This document shows, one piece after another, positions 15,410 to 64,000 of a stretch of 64,000 bases of DNA (position 1 is the stretch's first letter; the number at the start of each line of letters is the position of its first letter). Location: assembly GCF_009914755.1 (NCBI RefSeq), contig NC_060935.1. One strand, 5' to 3'. The stretch is from the human T2T-CHM13v2.0 reference genome, Homo sapiens. Under the pieces are notes generated by a model, which was given only the letters and a program-made list of their open reading frames with translations, did no database searches and was not told where the DNA came from. Made by a program: the position numbers and the translations under genes.

Positions 15410-15962
15410 TTTCAGAGGCCTTTGAACCAGAGCAACAACATCTTGAATAGAGGCTGAGTAAAATAAGCCTGAGACCTGCTGGGCTGCTTTCCCAATAAGT
15501 TAGGTATTCTAAGTCACAGGATAAGATGGGAGGTTGGCACAAGATACAGGTCATAAAGACCTTGCTGATAAAACAAGCTGCAGTAAAGAAGCAGACTAAA
15601 ACCCACCAAGACCAAGATGGTGATGAGAGTGACCTCTGGTTGTCCTCACTGCTCCACTCCCATCAGCAGTATGACAGTTTACAAATGCTGTGGCAATGTC
15701 AGGAAGTTACCCTTATGGTCTAAAAAGGGGAAGCATGAAATAATCTACCCCTTTTTAGCAAATAATCAAGAAAAAGCCACAAAAATGGGCAACCAGCAGC
15801 CCATGCTGCTGCTCTGCCTATGGAGTGGCCATTTTTTTTATTCCTTTACTTTCTTAATAAACTTGCTTTCACTTTACTCTATGGACTTGCCTCAAATTCT
15901 TTCTTGTGCGAGATCCAAGAACCCTCTCTTGGGGTCTGGATTGGGACCCCTTTCTGGTAACA
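15410..15962 (+). mobile_element. MER41A ERV1 solo LTR
   Basis: (tg)tcagaggcctttgaaccagagc...ccctttctggtaaca, about 553 bp, 4-bp TSD GCAT (15406-15409, 15963-15966); lacks the tandem-GAS segment of MER41B. Confidence 0.88.
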
Positions 15963-16109
15963 GCATCTTTTATCTTTGCTGAGACCCACATAAAAGAAAA
16001 TGAGTTTTGTACCATGGGGTAGCGAAGAAGTTCCTTTAACAGGGAGAGTACATGAGGTTGACCTAAGTGGGAAGACGGCAGCTCAGAGAAGGTGAACTCT
16101 ATTGAAGCT

Positions 16110-16320
16110 GCCATATGGCTATCTAAGCTGAGTACTTCCCTACATACATTATCCCATTTTACACTCACAACACCCCCTGTTGAGCTAAGTTTTATAATCC
16201 TCTTGTTACAGATAACTGAGAAGCGGAGCTACTCACTTCGGATCACACAGCTCCTCACTGCACAGCAAAGGCTGATTCTACATGTCTTGGACTCCAAGGC
16301 TACTGGTTTTCCCTGTGAAC
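16110..16320 (-). mobile_element. MIR SINE
   Basis: cactcacaacaccc...ttacagataactgag...cacacagct (reverse MIR core). Confidence 0.55.
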
Positions 16321-17632
16321 CACCTTGAGATTAGGTGGATGAAAGATCAACATTCTAAATATTTAAGCTTCTGTTTAGGATTGCTTAGGTAGTTTCTGGA
16401 ATAAAAGTAAGAAAAAAAGACTATATTGGTGGCTTTCAAACTTCGTTTTTAAAAGAGCAGAATCTAATTTTCAAACAAAAGTTTATGTAGAATCCCAATA
16501 TATGAAACAGATTAGAATAGAGCAGTCCTGTTGGAGCTGAGTCACTCATGACTCCCCTCACCCACCCCCTCAGGAAATTCCCCCTCAAAGACTAAGCCCC
16601 AATGTCCCAACAACCTTCTCTTTGCCTAGTGAATATTACCATAGTATTAAGCCAAAACAGGGTCTGAACCAATTAGGATGTTACCAAATTTGAATCGTAT
16701 TACCTCAAGAAATCTCAGCTTTCATACTCCATGTGGGAAGACTTGACTAGCCATGAAGTCTGACAATAGTGTGGATTGGGGTCATTGTTATTTGAGGCAT
16801 GAGTTCAGTAAGGGAATTACTGGGGCTGAGTTCAGTGGTTAACAGAAGGCTTACTGTTCCCAATTTTTCAGACTGAGGTCAACAACTCTGAACTTTGTAG
16901 ATCTTAGGCCTGTTTGTTACTCTTGGTAATGCTCCTTTATTTACAGAGTTGCTAATGAAAGATATCCCTCCATTCCAATCACCCAGCACTGAGAAAATCA
17001 AAAGTTTTAACTGAGTCCTTACTATAGTCATAAATTGGGAGACCCTTCTTAGGGTAACAAAATAAGCAGCCAATGTTGAGGGAATCTAACTTCCTTGTTT
17101 ATCCTGGTAGGCCCCAAGCTGGAGCTGGAAAGACACCAAATACAACTCCGTACAATAAGGGCGGAAGTACTGACTTGGGGAAAACAGGGAAGAGCTTTGC
17201 TAATTGAGAAAATATTTCCTTTCCCAGTATGAATGGAGGCGGTCCTGCTCCCTACCCTCCTCTATATGTTACCTGTCCTTGGGAGAGATGCATGCACTGC
17301 TCTAACACATTCCATAATTAAACAGAGTAAGTGGACATGCCTGCAGCTCACACAGAAGGGACTACTGCAAAGGACCCAGGTCTACCCTGGCCATTGACAT
17401 TAGAGGGCCAGGGATCCTCCCTCACCCCACCTTCTGCACGCTTCTGTAGGGCCTGGGAGCCAGTGGCCATCCCTGACCTGATTGCTGCATTCACTGAGTG
17501 TGCTTCTACATCTAATCACTCAGTTTGCAGAATGCATATGGGGGTGAGAGCAAGACCAGTGTTATCTGTTGGGCACCATAAGCACAGTGCATAGGGCCCA
17601 CAGTGCTTTTGGGGGCCCATGAAAATGTTTTA

Positions 17633-18046
<414 letters not shown>

Positions 18047-18648
18047 TCAAAATGACATCACTGGGTCATTGGAATGGGGGACTTCCTGTTGGAGGTGGAT
18101 GGATTTTCTTAGGGAAAGAGAGTGCTTATGTGAGGAAGTGCAAACCTAATGGAGAGGAAACTAGGGGAAGAACTAGGGAATAGAAAAGCTCTCTCTTGTA
18201 ACCATTTCCTCCTCTTTTATCTTGTACATATAGAAATAATCTTAAATCCTTTCTGGAGCACAATGGGACAAGGAAGCAGATGATGCATTTTGGAAAGATT
18301 TCCATTACAATGTTTAAGCAGTTTAACATCTAATGCTTAATGTGAATTTTTCTTTCTCTGAACATATCAATAATATATTTTTCACAATTTGTTTTAAAAA
18401 AGAAAGCAAGACTGTTCATGTTACAGATTCAAGAAGAGTAAAAAAGCATGACAACTAAATGCAATGCATTATTCTGACCTAACCATATTCCAGGCCAGAA
18501 AAAAAATTGCTTTTTTGAGGACACTTAGCAAAGTTAACTATGGACTATAGTTTAATCAGTAGTATTTACCCATTTTAAATCTCCTGATGTAGATAATTGT
18601 ACTGTTGTTGTATAAGGGAATGAAAAATATTCTTACACCTAACAAATA

Positions 18649-19228
18649 TAGTAAGTCCTCAACGTTGTCAGTAGATTCTTGGAAACTTCGACTTTAAGCC
18701 AAACAACGTATTATGAAACCAATTTTACCATAGGCGGCTAATTGATGTAAACAAGAGTTAAGTTCCTATGGCTTACTTCTGGTGACAAAGATATCACCAA
18801 ACTTCTAAATACAGACTCAAAACACTTCTAATATTAAACATTGAAATGTAAGCTATACATACATTTAAGAAAGATTAATAAAAACAAGTAAGATAATTAT
18901 TTACCCACATTTTCCAGTTTAGGGTCATGGGTAGCTGGAGCCTATCCCAGCAGCTCAGGAACCCTTCCTGAACAGGACTCCATTCCATTGCAGGGAACAC
19001 TCACATCCACACCAACATTCACTTAGACGTGGACCTTGTAGACATGCCAATGAACCTAACACGCACAGCTTTGGGATGTGGGAGGCAATTGGAGTATCCA
19101 GATAAAACTCAGGTAGACATGGGAAGAATATGCCCACTCCAGGGGCCGTGGCTGAAAATAGATTTTTTTCTCATCAACATTATAAGGAAATGATGTTGAA
19201 TGAAGCGACATTATTCAAAGATCTGCTG
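18649..19228 (-). mobile_element. MER82 (TcMar-Tigger) DNA transposon inserted in an old L1M 3' end (about 18410-19480)
   Basis: Termini agtaagtcctcaacgttgtc and gacattattcaaagatctgctg; internal match to recalled MER82; TA-type target site. Confidence 0.75.
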
Positions 19229-19929
19229 TGCACACTAAACTATTTAAGAGTCAAAGGTCATGATGTCAACTTCTTTGCAACATGGACCAGAAAAAAAAAA
19301 AATATATATATATATATAGATATATATATATGCACACACACACATACAAAGAAAAAATAATAAGGCAAATATAGCAAAATGTTAATTGGTGAATCTTGGT
19401 AAAAGGTTTATGGGCATTCTTTGCGTTATCCTTGCAACTTTTCTGTAAATGTGATATATTGCAAAATAAAAAGTTAAAAGAATGAGACAGTTCAAAATTA
19501 ATCCAGTATTATTAAAAGAAGGCCCAATGAAGGTAACATATTGATGCACTAATTCTACAGATGTTGAACCACCTACACCTGTGCCTGAGGAATTAATTTT
19601 GTGTTAGCAGGAACCATGGGTATTGTCAAATAAATTAGCTGATGTGAACAGGCCTACACTTGTACATGATCAGGGTCTACCTAATAAAAAATCATTTAAA
19701 AAATTAAGTTACAGCCACAGACAAGACTGAATAACTGAAAAACTAATTTTTACAGCTGACTTGCAGGATGAGTTTAGGCAAATCTTCGGACTGTGGCTTC
19801 TCATTGATAAAATTTAGACACTAATGCTTGGACATTTAGATACTAATGCTTGGAACCATTACCATTTACAGTATTTCACAGCAAGCATGGAATCTGTTTT
19901 AGAATGAATACTATATTTTCCTACTGAAC

Positions 19930-20455
19930 TATGTTAGCTTAAGTTTCCTCCCAAATAAACCTGAGATAAGGGCTTGAAAGTGGGTGGTTTATTTTAGTGA
20001 CAGCAAGGAACAGGAGAGAGGGCCTGGGAAGAGTGAAATAAGGGAGGATGAAATTCAACTCAAGAATGCATTATCAAGCTCATGACTTCTGTGGCATCTG
20101 GTACTTGACCCCACTACGGACCCTCTGTGAGGCTAAAGAATGCACTGTAGAATTGTCTGCCCAGTGGATGGAAGAGGGAGGATTTATCCACATTCTCCCA
20201 CCCCTTTTGGCGAAAGGTTGCCCCATGAAGGTGTTAACTTGAGGTTTGCTTCTGTGTCAGTATGGCTGAGTGGGTGTCCTGCTGTAGCAGAGAAGCCCTA
20301 GACAGAACTGAGAGATACAGGATTCAGTTGAGGTGCGATGCTATCAGGTTACACTGTGTGCAGTTGATTGCCATAGCAATGGCTGGAGTTGAAAGGTGGA
20401 CTGAGAAAAATGTGAAGGAAGGGTGGCATGAGACAAGAGGCACCTATGACTAGCA
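19930..20455 (-). mobile_element. Old ERVL-type LTR (LTR33/LTR16-like)
   Basis: cctgagataagggcttgaaagtgggtggtttatttt...gggatttatccac pattern. Confidence 0.5.
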
Positions 20456-20674
20456 GTATCCTGAGCCAATACATGCACATGGAGTGATCCTGATGCAAGT
20501 TCAAAAGTATGACACACTGCAAAAAATGTACTGAATTCATTTTTATAAAATTTGTTCACCACACACGATAATAATAATAATAAATTATGCAATTTTTATT
20601 GTGTGGCAAACACCATACAAACATCATTATTATTTCATTTAATCCTCAAAACAATCCTTGGGGTAGACATATCT

Positions 20675-20890
20675 CAGCGATTCTCAGCCAGGAGTGACTT
20701 GCCCTCCAGGATACAGTGAGTCATGTCTAGAGATATTTTTGGCTGTTACAATTAGAGGGAATGCTACTACCATCTAGTGAGTAGAGGCGAGAGATACTGC
20801 TAAACATCCTGCAAGGCATAGGACAGCCTTCCACAACAGAGAATTTTCCAGTCCAAAATGTGAATACTGCTAAGGCTGAGAAATCCTAGT
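20675..20890. mobile_element. MER20 hAT-Charlie element nested in a MIR
   Basis: cagcgattctcagcc...catctagtgagtagaggcgagagatactgctaaacatcct...gctgagaaatcctag. Confidence 0.85.
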
Positions 20891-21057
20891 GTCACTATCC
20901 CCACTTTATAGTCAAATAAACTGAGCCTAAATGAGATTACATAAATTTCCTTGGGTGAGAAAGCTAGTAAACAATGGAGTTGGGATACAAACTCTGGTCT
21001 GCCTGACATTAACCTTATGCCATGCATACCTGTAACCTTACCGTACTGCCTCCCTAC

Positions 21058-21375
21058 TGATGGAGAACTTTGCTCCTTAGTTCAGCTAAAACCGAGTTCT
21101 TGTCACATGACCAGGAAAAGTTAGGCATGCACACACATTGAAGGGTGAGGAAGCAGAATTTATTGGGCGAGAAGGAAAAAAACTTTCAGCAAAGCGACAG
21201 GCCCCCACCTCAGAGATTCATTCCAGGCCACATATAGGAACTGAAGAGCCCAGGCTCCTCCCCACTGCCAGCGGTTGGTTCCAACTTGCTGTGGCTCCAA
21301 CCCCATTCTCCCAGTGTGCAGGCCAGTCAGAGGTTCTCCGGGAACCCCCCTCTTATCTTCCTCCTGCATCTATCA
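21058..21375 (-). mobile_element. Short ERV1 solo LTR (MER61-like)
   Basis: TG...CA termini; minus strand starts tgatagatgcaggaggaagataag; minus-strand AATAAA; 4-bp near-TSD ctac/ctcc. Confidence 0.65.
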
Positions 21376-22089
21376 CTCCCACAGGGAAAGTACACGTGCA
21401 TTTAAAAAACCCTATGTGGAAGGCACAATGTGACTGATTTGTATGTCGGTTATCATAGCAATCATAGAAGAGAGTTGAAAAATGCAGATAATAATTAGAA
21501 ATCATCAATATTTCTGATTTTATAACACATTAGTATTTGGAAAATCGAAGGGATCTGACTGTTCAAAGGTCTCATGTATTCTTAGCCTTTCTTGTCACTC
21601 TGTCATGTTACCACATCAATGCAGGTCACATGAAAAGGAATGTGGTATCAGGAGGTGGTAAATTTGGAAAACATGGGCTGGAGACTATTCTTACATTCAG
21701 AAACAAAGCACAGATTTTCAGAAGCAGATTCCTTGTCCACACTGTGTTTTCCATCTGCCCCTCCTTTGTAGCACAGCAGTTTATGATCACTCACAACTTT
21801 CAGACTCTTTCATTTTCAAAGAAATCTATTATTATTCATTAGAGTAGCTTCACTGAACCAAGTCCAAGGCTGGCCATCTCTGCCCAAGGCCATCATTGTC
21901 TCTTGCACTTGCCAGCAGTCAGGGTTAATATGTTCCAAGAGAACCTGATGAAAGGGTATTCTAATGGAGAATAAATAGAATGGCAGAGCAGGGCATAACA
22001 CACAGGCTTTGGGCTTTTTCCTATAGTAAGAGCTGCATCAAAAGTAAGGCAGATCACCTTCTTGGAGGGAGGAGAGTAGAAGATGAGTG

Positions 22090-22265
22090 GATACAGTGTG
22101 AGCTTTACAGGCTGACAGACTTGAATTGGGATCCCAGCTATGCCACATAATGTAGGGCCTTGGGCAAGTCACTTAGTTTGCCTAAGCTTTAATTTCCTAA
22201 TCTATAAAACTGGGGCAATAATGCCTAGCATACTGTAGGTATTCAATAAACATTAGCTATTATAT
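22090..22265 (+). mobile_element. MIR SINE
   Basis: gccttgggcaagtcacttag...tctataaaactgggg...ttcaataaacattagctatt. Confidence 0.75.
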
Positions 22266-22429
22266 TTATTAAATTTTCAGTCCCCAAGTACAGAAAATTG
22301 AATTAATCATATTCTTTGATTCATTTTGTATGATTCTCACGGGTCTGTGCAAGTTCTATATTATATTATACTGTCTTTTGCTTTCTCTTTCTCTGCCCCA
22401 TTCACATTCCTGTTTTATTCCCTTATATA

Positions 22430-22790
22430 AGTACATAATCTATTGTGTCTGTTCTTGGATATATATATTTACTTAAAAAATTAGTACATATCCCATATAC
22501 AGGTGTCCTTAATGTTTTAAAAATTAATGTAATATTTTACCATTGTATAGATCTCAATCTTTTTTTAAGCTTTTCCTTTATTCAATACAATGTGTTTAAG
22601 ATTTATCCATGTTGCTAAATATATTTTTAGGTCATTATTCCTGAATGTTAGCCTAGTAATCCACTCCATGTGTCTACCACATTTTACCTACCTGTTGCCC
22701 TTCTGATGGGCACATAAGCTGCCTGCAACTACCTGCCACTCCAAATAATACTCTGATGAACAGCCTGTACATGTGCCCTTATAACTTCAG
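22430..22790 (-). mobile_element. Ancient L1M (L1ME-like) ORF2 end/3' region
   Basis: agatttatccatgttgct...gatgggcacat...atgaacagcctgtacatgt matches reverse L1M 3' region. Confidence 0.6.
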
Positions 22791-22799
22791 CACAAGCTT

Positions 22800-24328
22800 T
22801 TCAACAAATCCAGGGTAGTATTTAATAAAATTCTACACACATTTATAATTAAAATAATCTTTGAAAAGCAGGAATAGAAGAAAGCTTTCTTAAGATGATA
22901 AGGTCTATAAAATAGATTTTTATAGCAAATATCAAACAAAATGGAGACATTTCAGTCTTTAAAATCAGAAAGAAAACAAGAATTCCAACTACCATAGTAA
23001 CCTTCAACATTGTACTGAAAAATCTGAGCAACATAAGACAAGAAAAACAAATAAAAAGAAAAAGAATAAGAATGGATGAGACAAAATTATCATTATTTGT
23101 AGATGATATGATTATCTACATACAAATTCAATGAAATCAAAAGACAAGCTCTAAGAACTGAGGAATTCAGCAAGCTTGATAAACAATATCAACTTTACAA
23201 AAACCAGTATCATGTGTCTACACTAATAATTACCAAGTATGAAACATGACAAGAAGATATAGTTCACAATAGTAACAAAAACTATGAAATTTTCAAAAGT
23301 TAACTCAGTATATGAGACTTTTATGAAAAAAATTAAACTCTATTAAAAGATAAAAAGAAAGACTTGAATAAATGGAGAAATCTAACATTGTAAAGATGTA
23401 AGTTCTTCCTAAATTGATTTATATATTGGATACAATGCTACTGAAATTTAAGCAAGATATTTAAAGAAACTTGACGAACTTATTTTAAAATTTATATGGA
23501 AGAATAAAGTCTGTGAATAAATAAATCAGTTGGAAAAAATATCAAAAAGCAAAGACTTATACCACCAGATTCTATGAATAACACAAAGAAATAATGATAC
23601 AAAGTGTTGAAGTCTTGGTGCAGAAATGGAAGGCACAGACTAGATCTATTGATACGTGGGAATCTGTCATTTGCTGGAGGTGGCTTCACAAAGTATTAGA
23701 GAAAGTATATGCTATTTAACAGATGATGTCAAGGAAGAATGGCTCACTATATGGAGATAAAGTTGGACTTCTATCTCACTCACATTGCATGTATACTTAC
23801 ATATGTGTGAGTGTAAATACCTGAGGGATTGAAGATACTTGCTGTGAACAGTACACTTACGAAGTTAATGAAAAGAAAATATTATATAATGTCCTTGTCC
23901 TTGTAAACTGAGGACAGGTGGAATTTTCTTTTAAAAAGACCCAAAAAGCACGAATTTTAAAATGGCTGAATTTGACAACATCGAAATTTAGGATTTTGGT
24001 TAAAGCATTTCATAGTAAAAATTAACAAGTGATAGATAGGAAGTAGATATTTGCATATTTGCAATTTTTTTAAAAAAAGTTTTCTTCCAAATCACAAAGA
24101 TGAGACACTCAACTTTAAAAATGGGCAACGGATACGACAGGCAATTTGCAGAATGGAAAACTCCAAAACTATCACATGTATGAAGAGGTACTTACCCTCA
24201 TTGGTGAGCAGAAAATACAAACTGAAAAAAAAATTATTGTTTGATGCCACCCAATACACATAAGATTGGTAAAAATGAAAAAGCTGGATAATGCCAAATT
24301 TGGGGGTGGGGGTGGAAGTAATGGGAAG
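22800..24328 (+). mobile_element. Ancient L1M ORF2 remnant
   Basis: A-rich sense L1; RT-motif remnant ttatttgtagatgatatgattatctac (LFVDDMIIY) near 23093-23119; ends in C-terminal ORF2-like gataatgccaaatt. Confidence 0.8.
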
Positions 24329-24565
24329 AAAAAGGAAGTCCTGCACAGGCCCACGTGCTCGCGCCAACCCCTACGCCCCAGCGCGCCTTCTCCACCCACG
24401 CACGGGCCTCGGACGCATTTCCAGCCCCGGCGTTGGTTGTGGATGCTGGACATCCACCGCCTCCAGGCAGTTTCGCCGTCACACCGTCGCCATCTGTAGC
24501 CAAAGCAAAACATATCCTAACTGAGACTTTGCAGCTCTTGTGGCCACTCTGGGCTCACCGGGAAC

Positions 24566-61109
<36,544 letters not shown>

Positions 61110-61974
61110 GTAAGTACAGGATACTTTTTGAACTCCTTTAATCTATAATTTTAGTTCTGCTTTATATCTACAGTCTGAACATACCCTCCCATGATATATT
61201 TGCAAATTGCCATGCATTTCTCCAAAGCACCGAAGAAAATATTAATCTTAGTATTTTAATCAATATTTTATTTCCTTTCCACATTTCTAATATTAATTTT
61301 AAAATACAGTACTTCTTGTTACCCCTATAACAGCCATTGGTGTCTGCATATTTTGCAACTCATTGGGGTCATCTTTTCCTTAAGATTTAAGATAAACTGA
61401 CTCCCACCTCATCACATAAATGTTGGTATCCAGTGTTCCCTATATTTCAGGGGATTCTTGGAGGGTTAGGTTTTTCCAAGTGACCTATGGCCCCAAATTC
61501 CTGCTTCCTGTGAATTCTTGCCACCTTCTGTGCATTTCAGAGAGGACCACTTCCTCCGGTGCTGCATCACCTGGTGGGACATCCACAGTTGCCTCATTTC
61601 CCAAAGGGCATGTGTGTGTAGCTGACTTTGCAGACTGTTTGGGGCCAAGGCATGATTACATCACATCCCAACATTCCAGAAAAATTAGAATTGACATCCC
61701 TGTTCTTAAAAATCTTTCAACGATTCCTATTTCCCAGGAATGTTTACTCTTCTACCAGACCTCAGCACCCCCAGGCTATTGTAGGGCTTTTCCTGTCCAT
61801 TCCATCTACCCTTCTTACCTCCCTCGCTCACTCAGTTCAACATCCAACATTCTTGTTGTTATGTCATGCAAACTAACTGAACTAGCTAAGTGCTATCTCT
61901 TTGCTTTTCTTTTAGTGAGTTTCTCTTTTACTCTAAAGGATCTTATATGAAACAGAGAATTCTCACCCTAAGAG

Positions 61975-63175
61975 CATTTATTTTTTACTTAAATCAAACT
62001 TATAGAAAAGTGACAAGAACAGTACAAACAACTCTCTCATATACCCTTCACCCAGAATCCCAAATTATTGACCTTTTACCATATTTGCTTTATTATTTTC
62101 TATCTTTTTTGCTGAACTATTTGAGCATAAGTTACAGGCATGATGCCCCAGTGCCCTTGACTATTTCAGTGCATATTTTCTATAAACAAGGTCTCTATCT
62201 TACAGAAGCATATGACAATCATCAAAATTAAGAAACAGTTTTCTTCATTTGTCTCAATTGTCACCTCTGTAGGAAAAGGCTCTACTGTCCTGCACTTAGT
62301 TGTCCAGTCTCTATAGTCTCTCCTTCAATCTGGAACAGCTCTTTAATTTTCCTTGACTCTGATGACCTTCCAATTTTGAAGAGTACAGACTAGTTATTTT
62401 GTATAACGTCCCTCGATTTGGGTTTGTCTGATGTCTCCTCATGATTAAATTCATGTTATGCACTTTTGGCAAGAGTAGCACAGCAATGATCCTATATTCT
62501 AAGTGCATCCTACCAGGTGTCACTCCACTGTATGGTGGATTATGGTGACATCTGCCCGATTTCTCCACTGTAAAGTTAAGCTTTATCAGTTGCATGTGTA
62601 CATATGTAGATATTTTGAGACTATATAAATAATCCTGTTCCTCATCAAACTTTTACCCATTTGTCTTAGCATCTATTATAATTCTTGCCTGAATCCATCA
62701 TTATTATGATGGTTAACAAATGATAGTATTCCATTCCATCAGTCCTTCTACAGTTATTAGGTGGCATAGGAAGAACTTTCTCTTCTCCCCATTTATTCAT
62801 TTGTTTCTTTATATCTGCATAGACTCATAGATTCCTATTTTGTTATAGTCCATTACTCTTATTATTTATTTTGTTGCTCTTAATATTGTACCTGATTTTG
62901 CCAGTGGGATTCCCCTTCAAGCTGGCTTCTGTGTCTTTTTCATGTGTCTCCATCTTTCTTGGAACACTTTCTTATTTTCTGGCAAAATAAGATATTCCAG
63001 GCTCATCTTACAGTGTTGCTTCCCCGCCCTGGAATCAGATATCTTTCCCAGGAGTCCTGATTCCTTTTAGCAGAGAATAGTATTTAGATACAAAGATTTG
63101 GGGCACTTGGTGTGCTTCATTGCTACTGGGTTGTTGCTATCCCCAGGCTTTCTCAATGGACATAGCTAGGAAATG
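61975..63175 (-). mobile_element. Old L1MC/MD 3' region
   Basis: atacccttcacccaga...gattttgccagtgggattccccttcaagctggcttctgtgtc...gccctggaatcag. Confidence 0.7.
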
Positions 63176-63483
63176 TATGTTGCATGGCTCCTGTTATTCC
63201 CCGCATACCTGCTTACTTGTCCAGCCCCTGGTGTGGAACCAGTCTCACTCGGCTCCCATCTTCTCTCAGCCCATTGGGCCACTGCCTTGTTCTACCACTT
63301 TTCTTGCTTGGAGCCAAACTCATGAATTGGAAGGAAGGAAGGCCTCTAAGAGCCTTTTGCTGATAATTTAAAAATATTTTTCTTCACTTTATATAATTAA
63401 ATGTAAATAATTTTAGCTTTTGACATTGTGACTTTAAATAATTCTATAGGTGGAAAAATTACTTTGTTTTCTTCTGCTAATCA

Positions 63484-63951
<468 letters not shown>

Positions 63952-64000
63952 TCAACTTCAGCTTTTTTTTAAAAAAGTGTATTTTTGTGTCCTTTATTTT

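Noticed and set aside
61420-61950. 176-aa intronic ORF in PIWIL4 intron 13
   Set aside because: No domain signature and does not fit the PIWI reading frame; likely chance
63955-64000. Pyrimidine-rich end of the window, probably the acceptor region of PIWIL4 exon 14
   Set aside because: The AG and exon lie outside the window and cannot be confirmed

Overview
Human genomic DNA (Alu/L1/MER-rich), recognisable as the FUT4-PIWIL4 locus on chr11q21. It holds the intronless CpG-island gene FUT4 (alpha-1,3-fucosyltransferase 4, CD15/SSEA-1 synthase; CDS 1180-2772, 3'UTR to about 6945). After about 17 kb of repeat-rich intergenic DNA come coding exons 1-13 of PIWIL4 (HIWI2/MIWI2, nuclear piRNA Argonaute; ATG 24566). 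These exons splice by GT-AG into a continuous 1638-nt/546-codon frame, and the gene continues past the window end. Most other ORFs in the track are Alu/L1-derived or GC-rich antisense artefacts. Mobile elements include about 18 Alus or Alu fragments, several L1s, a near-full-length Hsmar2 mariner, MER82/MER20/MER33 DNA elements, and solo LTRs (MER41A, MER61-like, MLT1, and MER11 with a 6-bp TSD). I see no evidence of a wholly new gene system. The most interesting leads are regulatory or structural: layered uORF/alternative-start control of FUT4, polyadenylation-switchable miR-26/miR-125 sites, a PIWIL4 promoter abutting an apparently 5'-inverted ancient L1 with a PRC1.6-like motif cluster and a uORF, a NAGNAG acceptor in the PAZ domain, and a nearly abutting inverted Alu pair. 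Repeat subfamily calls come from recalled consensus sequences, not a database search.
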